NCBI RefSeq assembly: GCF_006345805.1
Contig: NC_043001.1
Location: 16,182,001 to 16,246,000, forward strand
Direction of reading: 5' to 3'
DNA: 64,000 nt
DNA from: Octopus sinensis
Taxonomy: Eukaryota
Both the position numbers and the translations under genes were made by a program. A model generated the notes under the pieces. That model saw only the letters and a program-made list of their open reading frames with translations. It searched no databases and was not told the DNA's origin. Positions 49,637 through 62,356 of the stretch are shown here, piece by piece (within the stretch, counting starts at the first letter, position 1; each line of letters opens with the position of its first letter).

Positions 49637-50226
49637 AGTGAAATAAATTCTCAGATCAAATCACTCACCAAGCAAATATATTTCCGAAATTGTTATTTTC
49701 ATTATTTGTAATGATTCATTTATTCATGTTTTCAATATCTTACAAATAACAAAAAAAAAAAAAAAAAAAAAAAAGAAAGAAAGAAAAAGAAAACCATTTA
49801 AAACCAGCAAACAAAAATGTGAACAAAATGTTTATGAAATTTTTGTTGTTGTGATGTTATTAATATCACAGAAATTTGACATACATAATGTGTAAGACAT
49901 ATGATTATCTTAACCCTGATATGAAATGATACATCAATGATTTTAAAAATCCCAAATGACTTTCAATATAGCAATGGAAAATATAAACAGTTGTGACAAC
50001 CAATTATCAGTACTAGCATTACCGATAATCATTACCTCTACAACAACACAGTAGGCATACATACACACACACACCAACCCCACCAATCTCGAGTGTAATC
50101 AGCCGAAATTGCAAAGATAATCTGGAACTCGACTGAGGAAAGAAAACTTCGAATGACCCATGCATGTTTTTTCTTGTCCCTCTTTTGTATCATCTGTCTG
50201 TCCCATTTTTTGTATTCCTTTATATA

Positions 50227-50264
<38 letters not shown>

Positions 50265-50336
50265 TGTGTATTTTATACCCTTGTTAACATGTGTCGGAAC
50301 TAAAAGAATTTGAATAACACCTGCGTTTAACTCCAT

Positions 50337-50367
<31 letters not shown>

Positions 50368-50569
50368 TACCTACATACATAAACACACATAGATATATTC
50401 TTTTATTTATTTCAGTCATTTGACTGTGGCCTTGCTGGAGCACCGCCTTTATATATATATATATTATATATATTATATATATATGTTGAGAAAAAGGAGG
50501 CAGTCAGAATTTTGGATAATTCTTTATCAATGATTTTGTTTGTTTATTGAACTTATCAAGACAAAGTTG

Positions 50570-50605
<36 letters not shown>

Positions 50606-50612
50606 GTACCAT

Positions 50613-50920
50613 TTAATAATCTAAATGGCGGCAATGCAACCAGAAACTAGAGGAACATAATTAATAACCATACACAAAATCAAATATATACATATATTCT
50701 TCTACATTTATAAAACGGATATAAAAATTCCAAATATATAAATATAAATATAAAAATACATATTTATCTATTTTTGTATGCATTTTTATATTTATATATT
50801 TGGAATTTTTATATCCGTTTTATAAATGTAGAAGAATATATGTATATATTTGATTTTGTGTATGGTTATTAATTATGTTCCTCCAGTTTCTGCTTGCATT
50901 GCCTCCATTCAGATTCTTAA
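50613..50920. repeat. ~300-bp foldback palindrome
   Basis: Arms of ~145 bp are near-perfect reverse complements around a ~15-nt centre at ~50761-50775. Confidence 0.9.
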
Positions 50921-51062
50921 GCGGAATATAGCTCGCTTGGAGCACCACAACTCCAGTCTGCATTTTATTTGCGAGTATTGTTAACATTAGCAATTTCAAA
51001 ATAAATCAATGTATTTTATATGTATATATATATGTATACACACACCATATTTAATCAGATAA

Positions 51063-52017
51063 GGCGGCGAGCTGGCAGAAACGTTACCGCGCCGGGCGAA
51101 ATGCTTAGCGGTATTTCCTCTGTCGCTACGTACTGAGTTCAAATTCCGCCGAGGTCGACTTTGCCTTTCATCCTTTCGGGGTCGATAAATTAAGTACCAG
51201 TTACGCACTGGGGTCGATGTAATCGACTTAATCCGTTTGTCTGTCCTGTTTGTCCCCTCTATGTTTAGCCCCTTGTGGGTAATAAGAAATAGTATACATC
51301 AGTCGCTACGTTCTGAGTTCAAATTCCACTGAGGGCGACTTTGCATTTCATCTTTCAGGGTCGATTAATTAACTACCAGTTTCACACTGGGTCGATGTAA
51401 TCGACTTAATCCGTTTGTCTGTCCTTGTTTGTCCCCTCTATGTTAGCCCCTTGTGGGTAATAAAGAAATAGGTATTAACATCAGTCGTTACGTTCTGAGT
51501 TCAAATTCCACTGAGGGCGACTTTGCCTTTCATCCTTTCAGGGTCGATAACTTAACTACCAGTTTCACACTGGGTCGATGTAATCGACTTAATCCGTTTG
51601 TCTGTCCTTGTTTGTCCCCTCTATGTTTAGCCCCTTGTGGGTAATAAAGAAATAGGTATTACATCAGTCGCTACGTTCTGAGTTCAAATTCCACTGAGGG
51701 CGACTTTGCCTTTCATCCTTTCAGAGTCGATAAATTAACTACCAGTTTCACACTGGGTCGATGTAATCGACTTAATCCGTTTGTCTGTCCTTGTTTGTCC
51801 CCTCTATGTTTAGCCCCTTGTGGGTATAAAGAATAGGTATTACATCAGTCGCTACGTTCTGAGTTCAAATTCCACTGAGGGCGACTTTGCCTTTCATCCT
51901 TTCAGGGTCGATAAATTAACTACCAGTTTCACACTGGGTCGATGTAATCGACTTAATCCATTTGTCTGTCCTTGTTTGTCCCCTCTATGTTTAGCCCCTT
52001 GTGGGTAGTAAAGAAAT
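51063..52017 (+). mobile_element. SINE family B pentameric head-to-tail array
   Basis: One full copy plus four head-truncated ~182-bp units. Dimers/trimers of the same design occur at ~25465-25870(-), 36247-36668(+), 38410-38795(+), 48690-49225(-) and 61024-61420(+). Confidence 0.92.
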
Positions 52018-53244
52018 ACATATTTAGTCAGATATAATACTTTTTCTTCTCGTTAAGTCTAAATATTAAGTAATTAAATGATTCTCATTTTTTTATGATA
52101 GAGCTAATTTACAGGCCCCATGATTAACAGGCTATCGACATCAAGGATAGAACACCAGAATGTAATACTTTCAATCATCATAAGTATTACCTATGATTGA
52201 TTCTAGTTTCAGCTCACGAGCTGTGACCATGCTGGGGCACCGCCGATAATACTACTTATACATTTATATGAAAATTTAATCTAAAATTAATGGAGATAAT
52301 ACAGAAACACTGTCACGACAATGTGAAAATGAATCAAAACAAATATTCCTGATCCTGAATTAGTTTAATTATTATAACGAACTATCACTACATATGTTTC
52401 TGTTTAGAAAAAGAAAAGCATTCAGTAATGAAAATATCAATTTGTCAAATGAATTTGTTCGGGTTTTGGTCTGTATTTTGCCCAGGTTGATCTTATATCC
52501 TTTCCAGTGTTATTTGAATTAACACGAAAATCATTTTTTATTGTAGGGCTTTTTTTTCCTACAACTTGTTTATCATTTTTAATCCTTTTGTGACCAACCC
52601 GGCTGAAACTGCCTCTGGTTCTGTAGTACAAATGTCTTGTTTCCATAAGTTTTGAATTAAAATCTCCCACCAGACCTTAGTCACAATTTATGTTCCTAAC
52701 ACTAGCTGAATGATAAACTAAGTTATTTTAATAAATTCGTTGTCATATTTAAAACTAATTGAAAGAAACGCAGAACATCTCAAAATAAATACAGTAATAA
52801 ATTTTACCCCTTTTCAGATGTATGACAATGGAGTGCCAAATAGAAAAAAAGCAACAACAAAAAAAAAACATATTTATTGACAATCCACAACCAACACACA
52901 AGTATAACGAAAGTATTCCTATCAAGCATTTGCGTCTCGTATATCTAGCCATACAGGCTGGTTTTCCTTTGGTTTGTCTTACAGCAAGTGTAATTTTATA
53001 GTTTACAGATGAGTTCAAATATCACATCTCATGGGGTTTCTTTTTTATGTTTTGAGGATCCACAAATTTTTTGATGTATCTTGGACACTAGTTATAACTA
53101 AATCTGACTAAACAACTCGTTTTCAATGAGTCACTTTATTAGAAGTGTTTTAGCTTAGATTTCACAGACCATCGCTAGTGAGGTAGCCATTAAATGCGAG
53201 ACCATATCATATGCAAATAAATATGCTACAGAAGGACATATGCA

Positions 53245-53490
53245 TATATAACTTAGAATAACTTAGAAAGGTTTTGGCCAGTATTGGCCCAGGCCATGTC
53301 TAACTTAATAGCACCACCTGGCGAAGTCTTTTAATTCAGGATTTGGGCACCAAGGCCCATTCGAGCAGGGAGTTATTGTTTGCGGAGACATATTCGGGTG
53401 TGGGTGGTTTGTCCGGGACTGTTTGAAGGAATTTGTCCAAAGACTTCTTGAATTTTGTTTGGCCAGTTTCTGCTTTGACGTGTCCACACA
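53245..53490 (-). mobile_element. 5'-truncated LINE 3' end (CR1/L2-group)
   Basis: Minus frame ETGQTKFKKSLDKFLQTVPDKPPTPEYVSANNNSLLEWALVPKS* and a short tandem tail (ttctaagtta)2. Confidence 0.7.
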
Positions 53491-53687
53491 CACATATATA
53501 ATTTATATACATGTATATATAGATACGTATATATATATATATTTATATACATACATACATGTATATATATATATATAAATATATATATATATACATAGAT
53601 ATACATATGTATATAGATAAATTACATATATATATATATATATATATACATACACACTTGATATAAATATGTATATAGATAAATTAC

Positions 53688-53726
<39 letters not shown>

Positions 53727-53848
53727 ACACATCGATATAAATATGTATATAGATAAATTACATATATATATATACACACATTGATAAATATGTTATAGAT
53801 TAAATTACATATATATATATACACACATTGATATAAATATGTATATAG

Positions 53849-53885
<37 letters not shown>

Positions 53886-53917
53886 TTGATATAAATATGT
53901 ATATAGATAAATTACAT

Positions 53918-53952
<35 letters not shown>

Positions 53953-53976
53953 TGATATAAATATGTATATAGATAA

Positions 53977-54027
<51 letters not shown>

Positions 54028-54113
54028 TATTGATATAAATATGTATATAGATAAATACATATATAAATAATATATATATACACACATTGATATAAATATA
54101 TATGATAAATTAT

Positions 54114-54169
<56 letters not shown>

Positions 54170-54240
54170 TACACACATGAATATGGAAATATATATATAT
54201 ATATAGAGAGAGAGAGATAGAGAGAGATACAGATATATAC
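53490..54240. repeat. AT-rich minisatellite/compound microsatellite
   Basis: Motif acacattgatataaatatgtatatagataaattacat interspersed with variable (TA)n. Confidence 0.9.
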
Positions 54241-54644
54241 ATGCCTATATATATAAATACATGTAAATACATGTAATCATTTTGTATAGGCACTACTGCA
54301 CATGGTTCCGAGTTCAATCCCACTTCGTGGCACCTTGGGCAAGTGTCTTCTACTATAGGCTCAAGTCGACCAAAGCCTTGTGAGTGGAATTGGTAGACAG
54401 AAACTGAAAGAAGCCTGTTGTATACATATATATGTGTATGTGTGTGTGTGCATGCGTGTTTGTGTGTCTGTATTTTCCCCCTCACATCGCTTGATGGAAG
54501 TTCGTTGTTGTGTTTATTTCCCTGTAACTTAGCAGTTCGGCAAAAGAGACTGATAGAATAAGCCCTGGAGTTGATTTGTCTGACTAAAAGCGGTGCTCCA
54601 CCATGGCCACAGTCAAATGAGTGAAACAAGTAAAAGAATAAAAA

Positions 54645-55693
54645 TACACACACACACACTTACACATATATTTGGATGTAAAAAAATATATGTATATTTA
54701 CATATATATATATATAATATGAATGTATATGTCATATATATACATATATATATTATATGAATGTGTATATGTCATATATACATATATACACATACACATA
54801 CATACATATATATATATTCACACACACATACATATATATATATATATTCACACACACATACATATATATATATATTTATACACACATACATAAATATATA
54901 TATATTCACACACACATACATAAATATATATATATTCACACACACTACATACATATATATATATACACACACAATACATATATATATATACACACATACA
55001 TATATATATATATTCACACACACATACATACATATATATATATTCACACATACATACATATATATTTTTCACCACACACATACATACATATATATATATA
55101 CACACATAATATATATATATATACACACACACACACCCTTACACATATATTTGGATGTAAAAAAATATATGTATATTTACATATATATATATATAATATG
55201 AATGTATTGTCATATATATACATATATATATTATATGAATGTGTATATGTCATATATACATATATACACATACACATACATACATATATATATATTCACA
55301 CACACATACATATATATATATTCACACACACATACATATATATATATATATTTATACACACATACATAAATATATATATATTCACACACACATACATAAA
55401 TATATATATATTCACACACACATACATACATATATATATATACACACACACATACATATATATATATACACACATACATATATATATATATTCACACACA
55501 CATACATACATATATATATATACACACATACATACATATATATATTTTCACACACACATACATACATACATATATATATATACACACATACATATATATA
55601 TATATACACACACACACATACATAAATATATATATATTCACACACACATACATACATATATATATTCACACACACATACATACATATATATAT

Positions 55694-55724
<31 letters not shown>

Positions 55725-55770
55725 CACACATACATATATATATATATATACACACATACATACACACAAA
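54645..55770. repeat. Compound (TA/CA/CATA) microsatellite containing a ~480-bp internal duplication
   Basis: Unique anchor cttacacatatatttggatgtaaaaaaatatatgtatatttac occurs at ~54659 and ~55138. Confidence 0.9.
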
Positions 55771-56248
55771 CGTTTTGGTTATTTCGTCATTTTCTTAACA
55801 GTTTCACCTCCTATGTCACCTGACACCACCATATATATAACAATGTTTATATAATCATCAATATACTCGTTGTCATCATTATTATCATCATCGTCATCCC
55901 TCCCTTCCTCATCCTCATCATCACCACCATCACCACCATGCGCTTAATGTCTGTTCAGAGTAGTTTCACAACACGTTTCTTTGGTAACCAAATAAACATG
56001 TTGAAATATATTTTGATTTCCTTTATACTTTTGACTGAATTTTATTTGTTTTTTTTTTATTTCAAAAATAAATAATTATTTTATAAAAGAAGACATCTCT
56101 CTCTCTCTTCTCTCTCTCTCTCACTCTTTCTCTCTCTCCCTCTTTCTCTCTCTCTCTCTTTCTCTCTCTCTGCATAAAAGCATAAGGAAGATAAAAATAT
56201 ACGGAAATCATTGTCACTCTGGAAACATTGTTCGCCAAACAAATTAAT

Positions 56249-56341
56249 TTAATTCTTGTCTCCAGATGAAATTTTTCCCAAATCTGGTTGATCGACTGAC
56301 ATTATATATTTCTCTCCTTGTTCTTCTTCAAATATATAAAT
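56249..56341 (-). CDS. GLB1L2-like: GH35 beta-galactosidase (GLB1L2-like), terminal coding exon
   Basis: Acceptor cctttatatttcacAG, phase 0. Translates IYIFEEEQGEKYIMSVDQPDLGKISSGDKN*, continuing the expected 'N.I.IFE' motif. Minus-strand AATAAA signals lie at ~56041-56061. The rest of the gene lies beyond 64000. Confidence 0.88.
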   Translation of the reverse strand: MYIFEEEQGEKYIMSVDQPDLGKISSGDKN

Positions 56342-56519
56342 CTGTGAAATATAAAGGATACATATTTTTAAATAAATAATTGATCTTTTTCAACTTGGTT
56401 CAAGGCTAATTTTCATTCAGAATGGGGTGTAAGACATTTTTATTCTTTTTTATTCTTCTTTTTTTTTTTTGCATGGCTGTGTGGCTAAGAAGCTGACTTT
56501 GTAACTATTTTGCAAAATA

Positions 56520-57015
56520 TAAGAGAAATATTAACCTCTACTTCTGACACCAAGAAAACCAACACTGGAGTTTCTGGACGGTGTATCTTGAAAAACAGCC
56601 ACAAGAGAGGTAAGCCCTATTCATTATGTAACAACATGTAGTCAAGTCAAGTTATGATTTATACGGAATGTGGGATGTGTAAAGATTTCCATTTGGTGTA
56701 CACAGCAGAATGCATCAAGCACAACTTGATTTATGTTGGTTGTACAACAGAACAATTAAAGAAAAGATTTAATGGGCACAGATATGATGTTAGGCACAAT
56801 AGCAGTAGTTTGATGGAACTTGCCAAACATTTTACATCAAGCAGTTGCAAAACCTGAAAGTACACATTCTCAGAAAATATTTTGAATCTACTACACTTTC
56901 AGTCCTCAAAATGCACGAGGACAAATATGTTTGTGAGTTATTAACATTATGCTCAGTAGGAATGAATAAAATGACAGGGGAATTTCGTCATATTTATATG
57001 CAACTGTTCAATTAA
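56520..57015 (+). mobile_element. Penelope-like element remnant, GIY-YIG endonuclease domain
   Basis: CKDFHLVYTAECIKHNLIYVGCTTEQLKKRFNGHRYDV...ELAKHF, then after a frameshift LKVHIL...HEDKYVCELLTLCSVGMN*. This is the VY..YVG..R..H..E..N arrangement of PLE GIY-YIG domains. Confidence 0.82.
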
Positions 57016-57908
57016 ATATTCTTTTCTCTTTTTTTCTCTTTGCCAGTTGCAAAATTGAAAATTGAAGACTGATGATGTTGTTCTATCAAAGTGGGAACGC
57101 AGGATCTCCTCGTTCAAACTTTTGAATTTGAATTTCTATAATTTTGAATTTCTGTGTTCATTTTACATTTTGAACTTGAAAAAATATAGGCAAGCTGTTG
57201 AAATATCATTCAAAACAATAAACAATCTATTTCAATCGCACCATGCTCATCGTATCATCTATTATTATCATTATTATTATTATTACTGGCACTTGTGCCT
57301 ATGCTAGTAGGGCACCAAGAGCACCATCCGAGTGTGATCGTTGCCAGAGCAGCCAACTGGCTCCGTGCCGGTGGCACGTAAAAGGGCACCATTCAAGTGT
57401 GATCGTTACCAACGTCGCCTTACTGGCGCCTGTACCGGTGGCATGTGTAAAAAGATTCAAGCGAGGTCATTGCCAGTACCACCTGATTGGCCCCCATGCT
57501 GGTGGCACGTAAAAAGCACTCACTACACTCTCAGAGTGGTTGGCGTTAGGAAGGCATCCAGCTGTAGAAACTCTGCCAAATCAAGATTGGAGCCTGGTGC
57601 AGATATCTGGTTCGCCAGCCCTCAGTCAAAATCGTCCAACCCATGCTAGCATGGAAAGCGGACGTTAAACAATGATTATTATTATTATTATTATTATTAG
57701 TCAACAAGTTAGTCATTTAACTGATAAACTAATCAATTATTTGACTAATTATTTAATCAATCAATCAGCTAGGTTCATCAGAGTCCCCTTGTTTCCACTC
57801 ATGATCTCATCGTTGATGTACTCTCTTTATACTCTCAATAAGGACTCTCCTACAACAATAAATAACAAAGCAGTATTTAATGGAATCTCACTCAGAGTTT
57901 CAACTTAC

Positions 57909-58025
57909 AACATTGAGGCCAATCTCTAAAAGTGGTGCTGGTAGATACAAAGTCTTCTGTGGTCCAATGTTCCAGTAGCGGCCAAGATTAAAGCCATTCA
58001 CTATAACAATTCCTTTCACCCAACC
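57909..58025 (-). CDS. GLB1L2-like: GH35 beta-galactosidase (GLB1L2-like), penultimate coding exon
   Basis: Acceptor gttttatattttcAG and donor GTAAGT, 117 nt (phase 0 to 0). Translates [39 protein letters not shown], the hallmark GW.KG...NG.NLGRYW..GPQ.TLY.P motif of GLB1-family enzymes. Confidence 0.95.
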
Positions 58026-58466
58026 CTGAAAATATAAAACAGAATCATGCAATCAAAATGTATGTTAAAGAGAGTAAAGAAAAGGTAAGTAGAAGATGGG
58101 GAGAGAGAGAGAGAGAGAGATTTTTTTATTTCTTTTACTTGTTCCAGTCATGGGACTGTGGCCATGCTGGAACACTGCATTGAAGAATTTTTTGTCAAAG
58201 AAATCAACCCTGGCACTTATTTTTTTTTTAAAGTCTGGTAATTATTTTATTAGTCTCTCTTGCTGAACAACTAAGTTACAGGGACGTACAGACACCAAAA
58301 CCAGTTGTCAAACAGCAGTAGGGGGACAAACACAAACAAACAGACACACACATACACACAAGAGTCCATACAAATTAGAAATTATGGTTAAAAAAGTAAA
58401 TAAGGTTTGAAAAAGCACAAAAGTAAATTTTAGAGAATGCTTAATATTTTTGTTACAGTAAGTAAT

Positions 58467-58866
58467 CTTTATATATAAAAGTCAAGTTGTGTGTCTGTCT
58501 CCTACGATTTAGATTCCTAACTACTCCCACATTTTGCGGTGCAGTTTAACCAAAACCGGGTATCTTATAGTCGTGATTCATATCGGGCCCTTCTGGGTAT
58601 TATTAGCGCGCGTCTACGACGAGTCTACGATTTAAAAAAATATTTACCATAATTTTCCCCCATTTTAATGCATTTTTTCGATATTATATAAGGGAAGTAA
58701 CTCTCTAAAAATGTCTACGATGAGTCAACGATTTAAAAAAAAATTTACCATCACTTTTTTCGCATTTTTAATGCATTTTTTTGCTATTTTTTGGCTATAA
58801 CTCTCTAAAAATGCTTATATAGTTATTTCCCTTACAAACCAGAGCAACGCCGGGCGATACTGCTAG
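58467..58866 (+). mobile_element. Non-autonomous Helitron Hel-A
   Basis: A|TCTTTATATATAAAAG start and gctag|t end. Full-length match to 1967-2359, in a beta-galactosidase intron. Confidence 0.82.
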
Positions 58867-59169
58867 TTGTAAATATAACTGGTTTTGATGTATCCATCTT
58901 ATCAAATATATAAAATAATTTTTTAGGAAGTGAAAAAGGAAAAAATAATTGGTGGGGTTAACAGTTTGTACCCATGCATAGGGAATTTTTTTATTTAAGA
59001 ATCATTTCTTATATATGTTTTGTTTATATAGGGGTGGGGTTCAAGGGTTCAAATTCCAAGAATTCTATTGAAAAGAAATCTTTTGAAGTGATCAAGGAGT
59101 TTCTATTTAGGATATGGTCAGTTGTGTGTGTGTGTTTTTTTAAAAATATATTGTCAAAACATTTTTAAT

Positions 59170-59562
59170 ATAGGCGTAGGAGTGGCTGTGTGGTCAGTAG
59201 CTTGCTTACCAACCACATGGTTTTGGGTTCAGTCCCACTGCGTGGCACCTTGGGCAAGTGTCTTCTACTATAGCCTCGGGCTGACAAAAGCCTTGTGAGT
59301 GGATTTGGAAGACAGAAACTGAAAGAAGCCCATCATGTGTGTATGTGTGTGTGTGTATCTTTGTGTATCTGTGTTTGTCCCCCAACATCACTTGACAACC
59401 GATGCTGGTGTGTTTACGTCCCCGTAACTTAGTGGTTCAGCAAAAGAGACTGATAGAATAAGTACTAGGCTTCCAAAGAATAAGTCCTGGGGTTGATTTG
59501 CTCGACTAAAGGTGGTGCTCCAGTATGGCCACAGTCAAATGACTGAAACAAGTAAAAGAGTA
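59170..59562 (+). mobile_element. SINE family A in beta-galactosidase intron
   Basis: Full-length. An inverted partner lies at ~60640-60990. Confidence 0.9.
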
Positions 59563-59775
59563 ATTGAGAGAATACAGGTCAGTGGTTAAGTGGCTTTTTA
59601 AGGATGATCATTCAAAGGATTTATAAGGAGTTATCTTTCATTTGCCTAGAAACCATAGTGAGGGTCATTCCACAGTTGAGCTGGAACAGCCAGGAAAAGA
59701 AATAGGCATGAAGAAGCCAAATATTTAAGTGACCAAAGGCAAATGATGCAATTAGTTATAAGAAATTCACAGGGT

Positions 59776-60200
59776 CTTCTTCTTCTTGTCTTGGGTTGAG
59801 CTGGCTTCATTCATCCTCAATGCTGCATCTCTCACAAATGCCGACCAGGCCTGGCGATTTGAGGCTAACAACCACGTGATCTCCAACCACTCCTTATTCC
59901 AGTGGCAAACGCTGTAGATATGGGGGGCCTAGGTTGGGTTCCAGATCAGCCTCGACTGTCACCAACCAGGTTTTTCGTTGTCCACCACATCGCTTTCGCC
60001 AACCCTGAAGGGGAGCTGGGGCAATTGCTTCGTAGATGAATTCTCCTGGTTGACGACGAAGGGCATGACCCAGCCAACGCAGACGTCTCGTTAGGATGAC
60101 TTGTCGGAGGGAGGTCATTCTGCACTGGTGTCGCACCGAATTGTTGGAGACAAAGTGATGCCATCGCCCACTGACATTCACTGATGTTGTGTTGAAGAAA
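59776..60200 (-). mobile_element. RTE-clade LINE 3' end (second family, GAA-type tail)
   Basis: RRLRWLGHALRRQPGE...GWRKRCGGQRKTWLVTVEADL, then in a shifted frame LASNRQAWSAFVRDA, ending in (GAA)n. Confidence 0.85.
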
Positions 60201-61619
60201 CTGAAGAATAAAAAGCCAAAGAAAAAAGAAAAAAAAAACACTAAACACCAGAGCTGAAGACACCTCTGAAAGTAGGGGGGGTGCCATAATGCAAATGGTA
60301 GAGAAGTAGGGGCTGACACCAGTTGTGGTTCCTCCTGATGATGTCCTCCTCAGCCACTGGATCCTATAAAGGAGCTGTTGAGGCAGTGAACCATGAAAGG
60401 TGGTTAGAATTCTGGTTGTGCATGAGTGTATGTATGTGTTGTTTTGTCTGAGTGTGTGGGTGTGTATATGTGTGTCTATGCATGCGTATTGTAAGGTATG
60501 GCCTATATATAGGGTGCAGCAGAAGTAATGCCCCTTTTGCATCTAATAACTTTTATAGAATATAAATGTTTATTAAGTCATTTTTTTATTGAACACAAAT
60601 ATATTGCGTTACTTAAAAACACGAATAATGAATTCTTTTATTCCTTTACATGTTTCAGTCATTTGACTGCGGCCATGTTGGAGCACAGCCTTTTTAGTTG
60701 AACAAATCGACCCCAAGACTTATTCTTTGTAAACCTAGTACTTATTCTATCCATCTTTTTTTTGCTGAACCACTAAGTCAAGGGGACGTAAACACACCAG
60801 CATCAGTCGTCAGGTGATATTATTGGAGGCACAAACAAACACACACACACATGCATGCATACAGTTTCCGGTCCACTCACAAGGCTTTGGTCAGCCTGAG
60901 CCTATAGTAGAAGACACTTGTCCAATATGTCATGCAGTGGGACTGAACCCGCAACCATGCGGTTGGTAAGCAAACTACTTACCACAGTCACGAATGAAAA
61001 AAATCACAGAAGTTTTAGGATGGAAGGCGGCGAGCTGGCAGAAACGTTAGCATGCTGAACAAAATGCTTAGCGGTATTTCGTCTGCCGCTATGTTCTGAG
61101 TTCAAATTCCTCCGAGGTTGACTTTGCTTTTCATCCTTTTGGGGTCGATTAAATAAGTGCCAGTTACGCACTGGGGTCGATATAATCGACTTAATCCATT
61201 TGTTTGTCCCTGTTTGTCCTCTCTGTGTTTAGCCCCTTGTGGGTAGTAAAGAAATAGGTATTTCGTCTGCCATTACGTTCTAAGTTCAAATTCCTCCTAG
61301 GTTGAGTTTGCCTTTCATCCTTTCGGGGTTGATACCAGTTATGTACTGGGGTCAATGTAATCGACTTAATCCATTTGTTTATCCCCTCTGTGTTTAGCCC
61401 CTTGTGGGCAATAAAGAAAGAAGTTTTAGGATGTAAAAAAGCAACTCAATTAGAAACTAGGGAACTCAAATACAAAAGGGCAATACTTCTGTCACACCCT
61501 GTATATATATAGGACCTTAATGAATGACAAGAAAACAGGAATCAAGTAACCAATTTCATTACCTAAATACACACACTCACACACACACGTACTTATATGC
61601 ATATAAATAATTATAAATA

Positions 61620-61868
61620 ATAAATGCGCCCTTTTAAAGCCTAGCCAGGTTCATGAGCCTGATTTCCCGGTTTCAATAGCATGTGTTCCCCAGCCAGACG
61701 GGATGCCAGTCCATCGCAGCGTTATTTATTTTTGCCAGCTGAGTGGACTGGAGCAACGTGAAATGAAGTGTTTTGCTCAAGAGCACAACGCGTCACCCGG
61801 TTCAGGAATCGAAACCAGAATCTTACGATCATGATGCTGACACCCTAACCACTAAGCCATGCGCCTTC
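61620..61868 (-). mobile_element. Fourth tRNA-headed SINE family
   Basis: Reverse complement gtgaaggcgcaTGGCTTAGTGGttagggtg...GGTTTCGATTCCtg followed by cttgagcaaaacacttc...ttgctccagtccactcagctg. Confidence 0.75.
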
Positions 61869-61973
61869 ACACTTATATGCATATAGAAACCATAAAAAAG
61901 AAATAGAAAATGCACAGTGAAGAATGACGACAGAGAAAAAGAGGTGATGGATGAACAGAAAAAGAAAGGAAGG

Positions 61974-62009
<36 letters not shown>

Positions 62010-62226
62010 AATGAAAGAAAGAAAAAATGAAAAGAGAGAGAGAAAGACAATCTTTAAGAAAGAAAAATAGGAAGGAAAAGAAGATTAGGTTATGAGGTGA
62101 GTGAATGAGAAAGTAGGATTCAAATTGTTTAGCAAATAGAAAAGAAAAAACAGAAAGTAAAAAAAATAAAAAATAAATAGAAATAAAAAAATAAAAAATA
62201 AATAGAAATGAAGGGGTTATTCTCAC

Positions 62227-62341
62227 ATCAAGGTTGAGGAATGTATCTGCAGGATGAGAAGATAGGGTGAAAGTGATTTTGTACATCGCTGGTGAGTGTA
62301 CCTCAGGAATTACATCCTTCCAGTTGTCCGATTCTGCCACT
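62227..62341 (-). CDS. GLB1L2-like: GH35 beta-galactosidase (GLB1L2-like), third-to-last coding exon
   Basis: Minus-strand acceptor ctttccatttattccAG and donor GTGAGA, 115 nt (phase 2 to 0). Translates VAESDNWKDVIPEVHSPAMYKITFTLSSHPADTFLNLD, matching the 'PAFY...P.DTFL' segment of the GH35 C-terminal domain, and joins the next exon in frame. Confidence 0.88.
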
Positions 62342-62356
62342 CTGGAATAAATGGAA

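Noticed and set aside
49751-49773. Poly(A) run as a retrocopy tail
   Set aside because: No recognisable processed mRNA, polyadenylation signal spacing or TSD associated with it.
39431-55854. Many long [12 protein letters not shown] ORFs
   Set aside because: Stop-free translations of TA/CA microsatellites with no coding signal.
62227-62341. ITFTLSSH..FLNLDV first looked like a Penelope RT fragment
   Set aside because: It has canonical splice sites and joins in frame to the unmistakable GH35 exon.
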